Assembly (NCBI GenBank): GCA_964558325.1
Contig: CAZLCX010000010.1
Span: 1 to 32,000, forward strand
Direction of reading: 5' to 3'
Source: an uncultured Halanaerobiaceae bacterium
Lineage (GTDB): Bacteria; Bacillota; Halanaerobiia; Halanaerobiales; Halarsenatibacteraceae
DNA: 32,000 bases
Shown here: positions 19,464 through 28,869 of the stretch, one piece after another
How positions within the stretch are numbered: the stretch's first letter is position 1
Layout: each line of letters starts with the position of its first letter
Position numbers and translations under genes: made by a program
The notes under the pieces: generated by a model
Seen by the model: the letters and a program-made list of their open reading frames with translations, nothing else
Told to the model about the DNA's origin: nothing
The model's database searches: none

Positions 19464-20915
19464 TTAATCTTCTATATCAAATATCTTACCAGGATTCATA
19501 ATATTATTCGGATCAAATCCCTTTTTAATCATTCTCATCAATCTTAATTCCTCACCAGAGACAGCACTCTTAAAGTATTTTTTCCTCTTAGAACCTATTC
19601 CATGTTCTCCACTTAAAGTACCGCCTAAATCATAAGTGACTTCATAGAGTTCTTCCAGACATTTATCTTCTATTTCATACCATTCTTCCATTGTATGATC
19701 AGGATTTTTAACTAAAGTTGCATGTAAGTTACCATCACCGGCATGACCATAGCATGGTATCTGGATATCATACTTTTCACCTAATCGCTGCAGCTCAGGA
19801 ATTAAATCAGGAATTCTGGCAATTGGAACTACAATATCTTCAAGACTCTGCTCTGGACTAACTACCATAAATGCCTCAGCAATATTTCTCCTTACATTCC
19901 AGACCCGCTCACTGGTTGTATGATTATCGGCAACATAAACCTCCTGGGCATTATTCTTCTCACAAATTTCACCGATCTTAAAGTAATCTTTTTCAACCTG
20001 GTCTTCATCTGCTCCATCCACCTCAATTAAAAGCATGGCCCCGCAATCTTCATAGGGAAGATGTTCATTTAGATATTCGCAGGAAGTTTTAACAGATAAT
20101 TGATCCATAAATTCTATTCCTGTTGGAATAATACCAGTCTCAGTCATAATCTTTGGTACAGTTGAAATAGCGGTCTTGGCATCATCAAATAAAACAAGCA
20201 GAGCCACTTCTTTAGTCGGTTTCGGCAATAATTTAACAGTGGCTTTTGTCACAATCCCAAGGGTCCCCTCAGAACCGATCATTAATTTCTTAAGGTCATA
20301 CCCTGTTACATCCTTTACTCTCTTGCCACCTAAATTAACAACTTCACCATTTGGGAGTACAACTTCCATACCCATGATATATCGACCGGTTACACCATAT
20401 TTAACAGCTTTACCACCACCGGCATTCTCAGCAATATTACCACCAATAAAACAGGATTCTAGACTCATCGGATAACCGGCAAAGAATAAACCTTCCTCTT
20501 CTAGATCTTCCTGGACATCATTGGTAATAACGCCACCTTCTAAAACCATCATCATATTATCAAAATCATATTCTACAACGCTATTCATGTTTTCAAGAGA
20601 AATAACAATACCACCGTGATCTGGAATAGCCCCTCCTGAAAGCCCACTACCTGCACCTCTTGGGGTTACTGGAATCAATTCTCTATTGGCTAATTTAACC
20701 ACGCCAGAAACTTCCTCAGTCGAATTGGGGAGCACGACAACTTCAGGAAAACTTGCATACTGCTCTTTAGGAGTCTCATCATGGGAATAGGCTTCAATCT
20801 TTGCTTCATCAGTTAAAACGTTTTTCTCGCCAACAATATCTATTAATTCTTTCAGAATATCTTCTGTAACAGGATTATACTTCAACCTTTTCAACCTCCT
20901 CTTGTAACCTTTCAT
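19464..20915 (-). CDS. FAD-linked oxidase, GlcD-like D-lactate dehydrogenase (LctD-like)
   Basis: FAD_binding_4 type N-terminus (PRGAGSGLSGGA) and C-terminal GTLSGEHGIG. An alternative TTG start at 20885 follows an internal GAGGAGG. Either start overlaps the etfA end. Confidence 0.9.
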   Translation of the reverse strand: MKGYKRRLKRLKYNPVTEDILKELIDIVGEKNVLTDEAKIEAYSHDETPKEQYASFPEVVVLPNSTEEVSGVVKLANRELIPVTPRGAGSGLSGGAIPDHGGIVISLENMNSVVEYDFDNMMMVLEGGVITNDVQEDLEEEGLFFAGYPMSLESCFIGGNIAENAGGGKAVKYGVTGRYIMGMEVVLPNGEVVNLGGKRVKDVTGYDLKKLMIGSEGTLGIVTKATVKLLPKPTKEVALLVLFDDAKTAISTVPKIMTETGIIPTGIEFMDQLSVKTSCEYLNEHLPYEDCGAMLLIEVDGADEDQVEKDYFKIGEICEKNNAQEVYVADNHTTSERVWNVRRNIAEAFMVVSPEQSLEDIVVPIARIPDLIPELQRLGEKYDIQIPCYGHAGDGNLHATLVKNPDHTMEEWYEIEDKCLEELYEVTYDLGGTLSGEHGIGSKRKKYFKSAVSGEELRLMRMIKKGFDPNNIMNPGKIFDIED

Positions 20916-21885
20916 TAATCATCGGTACCAGATCAAATAGATTACCTACAATGCCAATATCAGATACTTTAAAGATATCTGCATCTGGATCTTCATTTAT
21001 TGCAATAATATGATCTGCAGTCTTCATACCTGCAAGATGCTGGATTGCTCCTGAAATACCGATTGCTATATAAAGATGGGGAGTAACGGTTTTGCCGCTT
21101 AAACCAACCTGATGAGGATATGAAATCCAGTCCATCTCAACTGCATCCCTGGAAGCCCCAACAGCTCCATCAAGAATATCTGCCATCTTCCAGATCATAT
21201 CAAAGTTTTCAGCTTTTTTAAGACCCTTGCCACCAGCTACTACAGTATCGGCATCAACTATATTAACATCTTCGCCTTCAGTAGTTCTAAAACCAATATG
21301 CTTTACTCGACCATCAAATAATTCAGGATCAAAATCAAGTTCAATAATCTCGCCTTCCCGGCCAGGAACTCTTTCAGCCGGCGATGTTGATTTCGGTCTA
21401 ACTGTAGCCATCTGAGGCCTGTGCTTTGGGGTATGAATAGTAGCCAGGATATTACCACCTATAGCCGGTCTGGTCTGTAATAAATTACCTGTCTCTTCTT
21501 CTATATCAAGCTCAGTACAATCAGCTGTTAAACCAGCCCCCACTCTAATAGCTACATGGGGCAATACAGTTCTACCCTGAGTTGTTGCTGCTCCAAGTAT
21601 AATCTCAGGTTTATATTCTTTTACTAATGAAACCATCACATTACTGTAATTCTCAACAATAAACTTTTCCAGACGGGGGTCATTAATCATATAAACTTTA
21701 TCTGCCCCGGCCTCAATTAATTTATTGGCTTCTTCTTTACTAACATTATTCCCTATAATAAATGACGAAAGCTCTTCATCTAGCTTATCAGCTAATTTCC
21801 GACCTCTGGTCAATAATTCAAAGGCAACCCTTCTCAATTCTCCTTCATTGGTTTCTGCCATCGTCCAGACACCATTGTAACTCAT
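20875..21885 (-). CDS. etfA: Electron transfer flavoprotein alpha subunit (FixB family)
   Basis: VWTMAE...ELL start and the C-terminal FAD motif YIAIGISGAIQHLAGM. Confidence 0.95.
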   Translation of the reverse strand: MSYNGVWTMAETNEGELRRVAFELLTRGRKLADKLDEELSSFIIGNNVSKEEANKLIEAGADKVYMINDPRLEKFIVENYSNVMVSLVKEYKPEIILGAATTQGRTVLPHVAIRVGAGLTADCTELDIEEETGNLLQTRPAIGGNILATIHTPKHRPQMATVRPKSTSPAERVPGREGEIIELDFDPELFDGRVKHIGFRTTEGEDVNIVDADTVVAGGKGLKKAENFDMIWKMADILDGAVGASRDAVEMDWISYPHQVGLSGKTVTPHLYIAIGISGAIQHLAGMKTADHIIAINEDPDADIFKVSDIGIVGNLFDLVPMINERLQEEVEKVEV

Positions 21886-21921
21886 ATAGTTTTTTCCTCC
21901 TTTATAGTAAACCAGTTGAAA

Positions 21922-22752
21922 TTATAATAGATCATTTTCTTTCATATATTCAAATAATTCATCAATTGCAGATTCAAACTTTGTCTCATCACTTGCATCG
22001 ATTAGTTTTCCACCCCGGGTTACCTTTGGTCTGTCAATATTTACAACCCTGGTCGGTGAACCATTAAGACCTAAATATTCTTTCTTCATCGGAATGTGTT
22101 CCGAATTAACTGGAGAAATCTCCTTATCTCTAGCTTTTCTCTTTCCAGATAATGTCGGCAATCTTGGAAAACTTATCTCCTTAACAACTGTTATTAAAGC
22201 AGGCATTGGCATCTTAATTTTTTCATAGCCATTCTCCAACAGTCTTTCAACAGTTATATAATTTTCATCAGGTTCAGTATAAGTTGTATCATCAGCAAAA
22301 TGAACTTTCTCTACTTTACTGACATAAGTTGCCAGGGGAATATCAAGAAATGATGCAATCCCTGGACCAACCTGAGCAGTATCGCCATCAGTCGCCTGTA
22401 GGCCACAGAAAATCAAGTCATAATCTCCAATATCTTTAATACATTCAGATAATGAATAGGCAGTCGACCAGGTATCAGCTCCGGCAAATTCTTTTCCTGA
22501 AAGCAGTATCCCGTCATCGCATCCCATGGCAATCGCTTCTTTTAAAGCCTTTTCAGCTGATGGTGGACCCATAGTTACAGCAATAACCTCGCCACCATGT
22601 TCCTCTACAATCTGAATTGCTGTTTCAATAGCATATAAATCAAGAGGATTAATGATACTCTCGACTCCGTCTCTTTTCATTGTTCCTGTTTCTTCATCCA
22701 TTTTAACATTACTTGTCTCTGGTACCTGTTTTATTGGTGTTATAATTTTCAA
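21922..22752 (-). CDS. etfB: Electron transfer flavoprotein beta subunit (FixA family), bifurcating-type motif
   Basis: MKIITPIKQVPE start. DGDTAQVGP motif at 22363..22389. Confidence 0.95.
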   Translation of the reverse strand: MKIITPIKQVPETSNVKMDEETGTMKRDGVESIINPLDLYAIETAIQIVEEHGGEVIAVTMGPPSAEKALKEAIAMGCDDGILLSGKEFAGADTWSTAYSLSECIKDIGDYDLIFCGLQATDGDTAQVGPGIASFLDIPLATYVSKVEKVHFADDTTYTEPDENYITVERLLENGYEKIKMPMPALITVVKEISFPRLPTLSGKRKARDKEISPVNSEHIPMKKEYLGLNGSPTRVVNIDRPKVTRGGKLIDASDETKFESAIDELFEYMKENDLL

Positions 22753-22776
22753 GCTATTTACCTCCCTAAAATTCTA

Positions 22777-24447
22777 TTAGAATATCCCTGCAAAAAATGT
22801 ATTGACTAAGAAAGTTGTTAAAAGTGCTACAAATAAACCATACATGATATTTACAACAATAGTTTTTCTCATTACCAATCCTTCTTTTCCTATTAAACCA
22901 ACAGTAGTTATCGCAGCAACAACATTATGAACACAGATCATATTACCACCAGCTGCACCGGCAGTCTGTAAACCAAGAGTTGGAATAACTTCAACACCAG
23001 CAGCTGCAGCAGTTTCAAACTGAAAAGCACCAAACATAATATTTGACACAGTATTAGATCCAGATATAAAGGCTCCTAGAGTACCAACAAAAGGTGCCGC
23101 AAAGTGCCAGCCTCCGCCAATTAAATTAGCAGATGCAAAGGCCATTTCTTCTAACATTGTAAATTCAGCAACTGCATTAGAGTTCATCATTATCTTAACC
23201 ATACCTAGAGCAAAGAATAAAGCAATAGCAGCCGGTTGAATAGTTTTAAGTGTCTCTTTCCAGCATTTAGTTGCTTCCCCTTTTTCCATTCCATGCATAA
23301 CTGGAATAAATAAGGCCACTAGAATAAATGGAATTACACCAGGATTATATAATGGGCTAACACCTTCAGTTATTGTAGTGCCAAGAATATTTTCCCAGGC
23401 AAGCTCCACACTCTGTAAGAATTCTACTAGGCCAAACATTTCAAGTCTTGTGACAACTAATAAGGTGGCTATGATAATATATGGCAACCAGGCTTTAAAA
23501 GGACTGACTGTAAGCTCGCTTTTTTTAGGAACTTTAGCTTCAGCCTTAACCTGGTCTTCCCACTCATCAGGCCATTCTTCGTGTGGGGGGAAATCCCATT
23601 CATCTTTAGGAACTAAGAATCCTTTCCGAGTTGTAAAAACAAATATCGGTAAAGCAATCAAAGAACCTAAAAGTGAAGGTACCTCAGGTCCAACAAAATT
23701 CGCAATTAATACCATTGGAATTCCAAAAAGGAGTCCAGTATAAATTGCAAGAGGCCAGACCTTTAGTCCTTTCTTAATTGAACCTTCAGAAATTTTAGTC
23801 ATGACAGCAACTATAGCCAGCGGAATAAATAAAGCCATAGTTCCATTTAAGATACCAGCAAAGCCGCCGATAGCTTCTAAAAATACTCTAAAACTTTCTA
23901 TCTCTACGCCTATACTTTCTATTGGAAGTTCAACAACACCACTTAATGCATCAAATCCCCCCCAAATTGGTACACCTACAGCTCCAAATGATACTGGCAC
24001 ACTATTGGCTATTAAAGCCACTGAGGCTGCAATTAAAGGTGGAAATCCAAGTCCTACAAGTAAAGGGGCAGCTACAGCTGCTGGAGTACCAAATCCAGCT
24101 GCTCCTTCAAAGAATGCTCCCATCAAAAATGCAATTAAGAGAGCCTGGACTCTTCTATCTGTCGATACATTTGCCATTGAATAAGATATACTTTTTACTC
24201 CACCACTTGTTTTTAATAACTGTAAAATTAATAAAGCACCAAATACAATCAATAAAATTCCTATCGCATCAACTACTCCACCAATCGAAGCTCCTGCAAT
24301 CCATTGAAAAGGCATATCCCACCAGATCATCGAAATAATAACTGCTGTAAGCCAGCCAATAGGCATTGCTTTTTTGGCAGGCCACATAAATCCAATCATC
24401 AAGACACCAATAAGCACTATCGGAATTGCTGCTAGTAATGCTAACAT
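22777..24447 (-). CDS. lctP: L-lactate permease (LctP family)
   Basis: 556-aa polytopic protein with a typical LctP N-terminus (IPIVLIGVLMIGFMWPAKKAMPIGWL). RBS GAAGGGGAG. Confidence 0.9.
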   Translation of the reverse strand: MLALLAAIPIVLIGVLMIGFMWPAKKAMPIGWLTAVIISMIWWDMPFQWIAGASIGGVVDAIGILLIVFGALLILQLLKTSGGVKSISYSMANVSTDRRVQALLIAFLMGAFFEGAAGFGTPAAVAAPLLVGLGFPPLIAASVALIANSVPVSFGAVGVPIWGGFDALSGVVELPIESIGVEIESFRVFLEAIGGFAGILNGTMALFIPLAIVAVMTKISEGSIKKGLKVWPLAIYTGLLFGIPMVLIANFVGPEVPSLLGSLIALPIFVFTTRKGFLVPKDEWDFPPHEEWPDEWEDQVKAEAKVPKKSELTVSPFKAWLPYIIIATLLVVTRLEMFGLVEFLQSVELAWENILGTTITEGVSPLYNPGVIPFILVALFIPVMHGMEKGEATKCWKETLKTIQPAAIALFFALGMVKIMMNSNAVAEFTMLEEMAFASANLIGGGWHFAAPFVGTLGAFISGSNTVSNIMFGAFQFETAAAAGVEVIPTLGLQTAGAAGGNMICVHNVVAAITTVGLIGKEGLVMRKTIVVNIMYGLFVALLTTFLVNTFFAGIF

Positions 24448-24591
24448 AAATTATACTACTCCCCTTCTAAATTAGAATTTTATGTTCTAAAATCAAAAAC
24501 TACTGCCTACTAATAAATCTACTAATAATTGCTAAAATAAAAATTAATTGAACCTAATTATAACAAAACCCCCTTTCATTTTATAAATTAT

Positions 24592-24610
24592 CTGATGGTC
24601 TGACCATCAG
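24592..24610. promoter_or_regulatory. 19-bp palindrome CTGATGGTC-T-GACCATCAG, FadR/GntR (LldR/PdhR-type) operator candidate
   Basis: Perfect 9-bp arms with core TGGT-N3-ACCA. It lies 145 nt upstream of the permease start, and a FadR-subfamily GntR gene is adjacent. Confidence 0.6.
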
Positions 24611-24615
24611 TTGTC

Positions 24616-24644
24616 TATATATTTATTTCTAGATAAGTTAACAA
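24616..24644 (-). promoter_or_regulatory. Candidate lactate-operon promoter (TTGTTA-17-TATATA)
   Basis: Minus-strand hexamers at 24644..24639 and 24621..24616, with the palindrome beginning 5 nt downstream. An alternative extended -10 TGTTATAAT is at 24565..24557. Confidence 0.4.
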
Positions 24645-24770
24645 ACTCCTGCTTAATTTTCTAAAAATTTTAACTTATATAAAAATTCTTTTTTTCACAA
24701 AAATTCGTCTATTATTTCACTTGTTTATTTTCGAGCTTCAGGTAATAAAGGTTGCTCTTATCTAGTATAG

Positions 24771-24806
24771 AAAAGCCCCGACCAGCTTTATATTGCCAGT
24801 CGAGGC
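24771..24806 (-). terminator. Rho-independent terminator after the GntR regulator gene
   Basis: Minus strand GCCUCGACUGGC-8 nt-GCUGGUCGGGGC (12 bp including G-U pairs) followed by UUUU. Confidence 0.55.
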
Positions 24807-24859
24807 AAGGTTTGTTAATTATATTATTCACATGACTGTATAAAAATAATTTTCTTTTA

Positions 24860-25570
24860 TTATCCTTCGATTTCCCGATTGATCAACTTTTCTACATAAT
24901 TTAAATGATTATTCATCTCTTCTATAGCCCTTTTCGGATCTCTATGTTCAATAGCTTTAAAAATATTTTCATGTTGAATCGTAAATTCATTCATAGTCTC
25001 TTTTTTTGAAACCAATTTAGTTCTAGTATATTTTATATGAAAATCCAGAGCATCCATAATCGAGGTCATTAAATAAAACAAAACCTTATTTTGAGCACCT
25101 CTGGCAACACTATAATGGAAATCCCGATCCAGTTCTATACTCTCATCCTCAAAACCACTTTTAGATTTCATTTTTTTAAGCACATTCCTTAAAAAATCCA
25201 ACTCTTGTTCATCTATTCTGTTAGCTGCAAGTCTTACACAGTCAGTTTCAATAACCTTTCTAACTTCAAGGAGTTCTGCGGCCACGTCATCTTCCAAAAG
25301 TAAAACTAAAGATAGGGGTTCAAGTAAATTTTTATCTGCCTGTTCTTTAATAAAGGTCCCTTTACCAGGGCTACTCTCTATCAAACCAATCATCTCCAGA
25401 GCACTAAAAGCCTCCCTTATCGATGCTCTAGAAACACCTAACTGTTTCTTTAAAGCACGCTCAGATGGCAGTTTATCCCCTCTTCTCAGCTCCCCATCAT
25501 AGATCATAGTTTTAATCTGTTCAATAACCTTCTCATAAACTTTTTCTGTTTTTATTGGCTCAAATCTCAT
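24860..25570 (-). CDS. GntR-family transcriptional regulator, FadR subfamily (LldR/LctA-like)
   Basis: N-terminal winged HTH (LPSERALKKQLGVSRASIREAF) plus a C-terminal FCD-type helical domain. 236 aa. Confidence 0.9.
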   Translation of the reverse strand: MRFEPIKTEKVYEKVIEQIKTMIYDGELRRGDKLPSERALKKQLGVSRASIREAFSALEMIGLIESSPGKGTFIKEQADKNLLEPLSLVLLLEDDVAAELLEVRKVIETDCVRLAANRIDEQELDFLRNVLKKMKSKSGFEDESIELDRDFHYSVARGAQNKVLFYLMTSIMDALDFHIKYTRTKLVSKKETMNEFTIQHENIFKAIEHRDPKRAIEEMNNHLNYVEKLINREIEG

Positions 25571-25587
25571 TGTTTTTCCTCCAAAAT

Positions 25588-26838
25588 TTATAAAATTTCT
25601 CTCAAGGCTTTAATCAATTCGCTGTTGCTTTTAGTATTCTTAATCTGGTTTAATAAAGTCTGCAATACTTCTCCTTTATCCATTCTATCTGTCTGACGCC
25701 TTAACTGCCAGAGAACCTCAAGCTCTTCCTCAGACATTAAGAGCTCTTCTTTTCGAGTGCCTGATCTTTGAATATCAATTGCCGGAAAGATTCTTCTCTC
25801 TGCTAGATTTCTATCAAGATGAAGTTCCATATTACCTGTACCTTTAAATTCTTCATAGATGATATCATCCATCCTGCTTCCGGTATCAACTAAAGCAGTT
25901 GCCAGAACAGTTAAGCTTCCACCTTCTTCAATATTTCTTCCAGCCCCGAAAAATCTCTTTGGAAAATGCATGGCTGTTGGATCAAGGCCGCCAGATAAAG
26001 TTCGGCCGCTGGGAGGGGTGGTCACATTAGAGGCCCTGGCCAGTCTGGTAATACTATCCAATAAAATCACAACATCATGGCCATGCTCAGCAAGCCTTTT
26101 TGCTTTTGATAAAACAAGTTCAGCCACCTGGACATGTTCTTCTGTTGGACGATCAAAGGTTGAACTGATTACTTCTGCATCTACAGAACGCTCCATATCA
26201 GTTACTTCCTCTGGCCTCTCATCAATTAAGACAACCATCATTTTAGCTTCTGGATTGGATATTCGGATGGTATTAGCAATATTCTTTAATAATACTGTCT
26301 TACCAGCCTTAGGAGGAGAAACTATTAACCCACGCTGACCCTTGCCAACAGGAGAGGTAAGGTCCACTAGCCTGCTAGAAATCTCCTGGGGATGAAGATT
26401 AGACATCAACCTTTCTTCAGGGTATAAAGGTGTTAAATCTTCAAAATAAGCCCTTTTGGTAGCTTTTTCAGGTGCCTGGTAGTTAACTGCTTCAATCCTT
26501 AATAAAGCCAGATATCTCTCATTATCCTTGGGCTCTCGGACCTGACCAGAGACGACATCCCCGGTCCTTAAATCAAACCTCCTGATCTGCGATGCTGAAA
26601 TATAAATATCATCTGTCGATGGCAAATATTTAGAAGGTCTAATAAAACCATACCCTTCATTATTTAATATCTCAAGTACTCCTTCAGCAAATATATTGCC
26701 CCCTTTTTCAGTCTCCTGTTTTAAAAGAGCAAATATCAGCTCCTTCTTTCTCATTCTGGTATAGCCAGATATGGAGCGCTCCTGAGCTAATTCATGTAAT
26801 TCTGTAATAGTCTTTTTCTCTAATTCTGCAATATGCAA
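25588..26838 (-). CDS. rho: Transcription termination factor Rho
   Basis: 416 aa with an N-terminal Rho_N/CSD region and Walker A SPPKAGKT. Confidence 0.97.
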   Translation of the reverse strand: MHIAELEKKTITELHELAQERSISGYTRMRKKELIFALLKQETEKGGNIFAEGVLEILNNEGYGFIRPSKYLPSTDDIYISASQIRRFDLRTGDVVSGQVREPKDNERYLALLRIEAVNYQAPEKATKRAYFEDLTPLYPEERLMSNLHPQEISSRLVDLTSPVGKGQRGLIVSPPKAGKTVLLKNIANTIRISNPEAKMMVVLIDERPEEVTDMERSVDAEVISSTFDRPTEEHVQVAELVLSKAKRLAEHGHDVVILLDSITRLARASNVTTPPSGRTLSGGLDPTAMHFPKRFFGAGRNIEEGGSLTVLATALVDTGSRMDDIIYEEFKGTGNMELHLDRNLAERRIFPAIDIQRSGTRKEELLMSEEELEVLWQLRRQTDRMDKGEVLQTLLNQIKNTKSNSELIKALREIL

Positions 26839-26860
26839 GAGTTTCGCCTCCCTGAAAATT

Positions 26861-27895
26861 TTAAATAATCATTGTAATTCCTAAGCGATATAAAAGATAA
26901 ATTGTTAAAATATATATTACTAATATTGAAGCCGAGCCCCAACCCAACCTGAGTATAGAACGTTTAGAACGATAAAATAAACTAATCATAATTATTAATG
27001 TCATAACCATAAATGCCATAATCGGAATCAGATTTGTTAAGTTAACATCTGCTAAAACACTGCCAGGATAAAAGAAATCTATCCAGACCAGGATTATTAA
27101 GTTAAAAATATTTGAACCAAGTACATTTCCTGCTGCCAGATTAAAGGCACCAATTTTTATTGCAGATAAAGTTGTTGCCAGCTCCGGTAAAGATGTAACT
27201 GCTGCTAGAAAGACCGGCCCAAAAAATGTATGGCCCAGACCAGTTACCTGGGCCAGTTGATCTACCACATTTGTTAATCTTATACCTGTTATTACAATAA
27301 TTAAACTGGAAACTGCAAAGATTAAATAGGCCTGATAGAGTGAGATTTCTGGAAGAGGGGTATCTCGTTCAACAGCACCTTCCCCTGCCATAAATTCAAA
27401 GAGCCCTTCATCTCTTTCCCTGGAGCCAAACCTTATTATTAAACGAAAACCAATCAGGTATATTAGTAAAATTAAGATACTATCAAGACCAAGCCTGAAA
27501 TCTATAGCAGGTATCCCTGCTATCTTATATAATATTATTGCTGATGCTATAACTGCAGCTATTAGGAGAGAGAAAAGACCAGGTAAAAGATGGGATAGAT
27601 TCATTTTGAGAAGCATTGGACCAGGACCTTCAACAATATCTAAAACAGCCAGAATAGCCAGATTAAAAATATTACTGCCAATTATTCCCCCCAGGGCAAG
27701 ATCTGGGGCCATGATTGAAGCCGCTGCCCCTCCAGTAACCAGCTCAGGCAGAGAAGTAGCAAGTGCCAGCAAAATTGCTCCAACAGCAACTTCACCTAAT
27801 TTAGTTCTTGCTGCTATCACATCCGCTGCTTTTGTTAAAAAAGTTGCTGTAAAAATAATTATGGCAGCATAGATAAATAATTCAAGCCAGAGCAA
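26861..27895 (-). CDS. Ca2+/cation antiporter (CaCA, YrbG-like Na+/Ca2+ exchanger)
   Basis: Two alpha-repeats (ATSLPELVTG...GSNIFNL and VTSLPELATT...GSNIFNL). TTG start after GGAGGAG. Confidence 0.88.
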   Translation of the reverse strand: MLWLELFIYAAIIIFTATFLTKAADVIAARTKLGEVAVGAILLALATSLPELVTGGAAASIMAPDLALGGIIGSNIFNLAILAVLDIVEGPGPMLLKMNLSHLLPGLFSLLIAAVIASAIILYKIAGIPAIDFRLGLDSILILLIYLIGFRLIIRFGSRERDEGLFEFMAGEGAVERDTPLPEISLYQAYLIFAVSSLIIVITGIRLTNVVDQLAQVTGLGHTFFGPVFLAAVTSLPELATTLSAIKIGAFNLAAGNVLGSNIFNLIILVWIDFFYPGSVLADVNLTNLIPIMAFMVMTLIIMISLFYRSKRSILRLGWGSASILVIYILTIYLLYRLGITMII

Positions 27896-27931
27896 AAAAT
27901 CTCCTCCAATCTCAAAATAATTACTTATTAA

Positions 27932-27975
27932 AACCCTGCTCCATTAGAAAATAGTATAAAAATGGCAGCAGGGTT
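27932..27975 (-). terminator. Long hairpin after fba (terminator or stabiliser)
   Basis: 14-bp stem with one bulge (AACCCUGCUGCCAUU ... AAUGGAGCAGGGUU) and a 15-nt loop. The downstream U-tract is poor (UUAAUAAG). Confidence 0.4.
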
Positions 27976-27998
27976 ATTATTAAATTTAGTCAGCCAAA

Positions 27999-28856
<858 letters not shown>

Positions 28857-28869
28857 TTATTCCCCCTTA

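Noticed and set aside
23378-24338. Three plus-strand ORFs (121, 127 and 138 aa) antisense to the lactate permease gene
   Set aside because: Their products are low-complexity, Pro/Ser/Thr/Ala/Lys- or Gln/Leu-rich sequences, typical of antisense frames of a hydrophobic membrane-protein gene. They have no RBS, overlap one another, and lie entirely inside a well-supported CDS.
24538-24573. 11-codon ORF (MKGGFVIIRFN) in the leader of the lactate operon
   Set aside because: It has no RBS and overlaps the candidate extended -10 element, so there is no basis for calling it a leader peptide.
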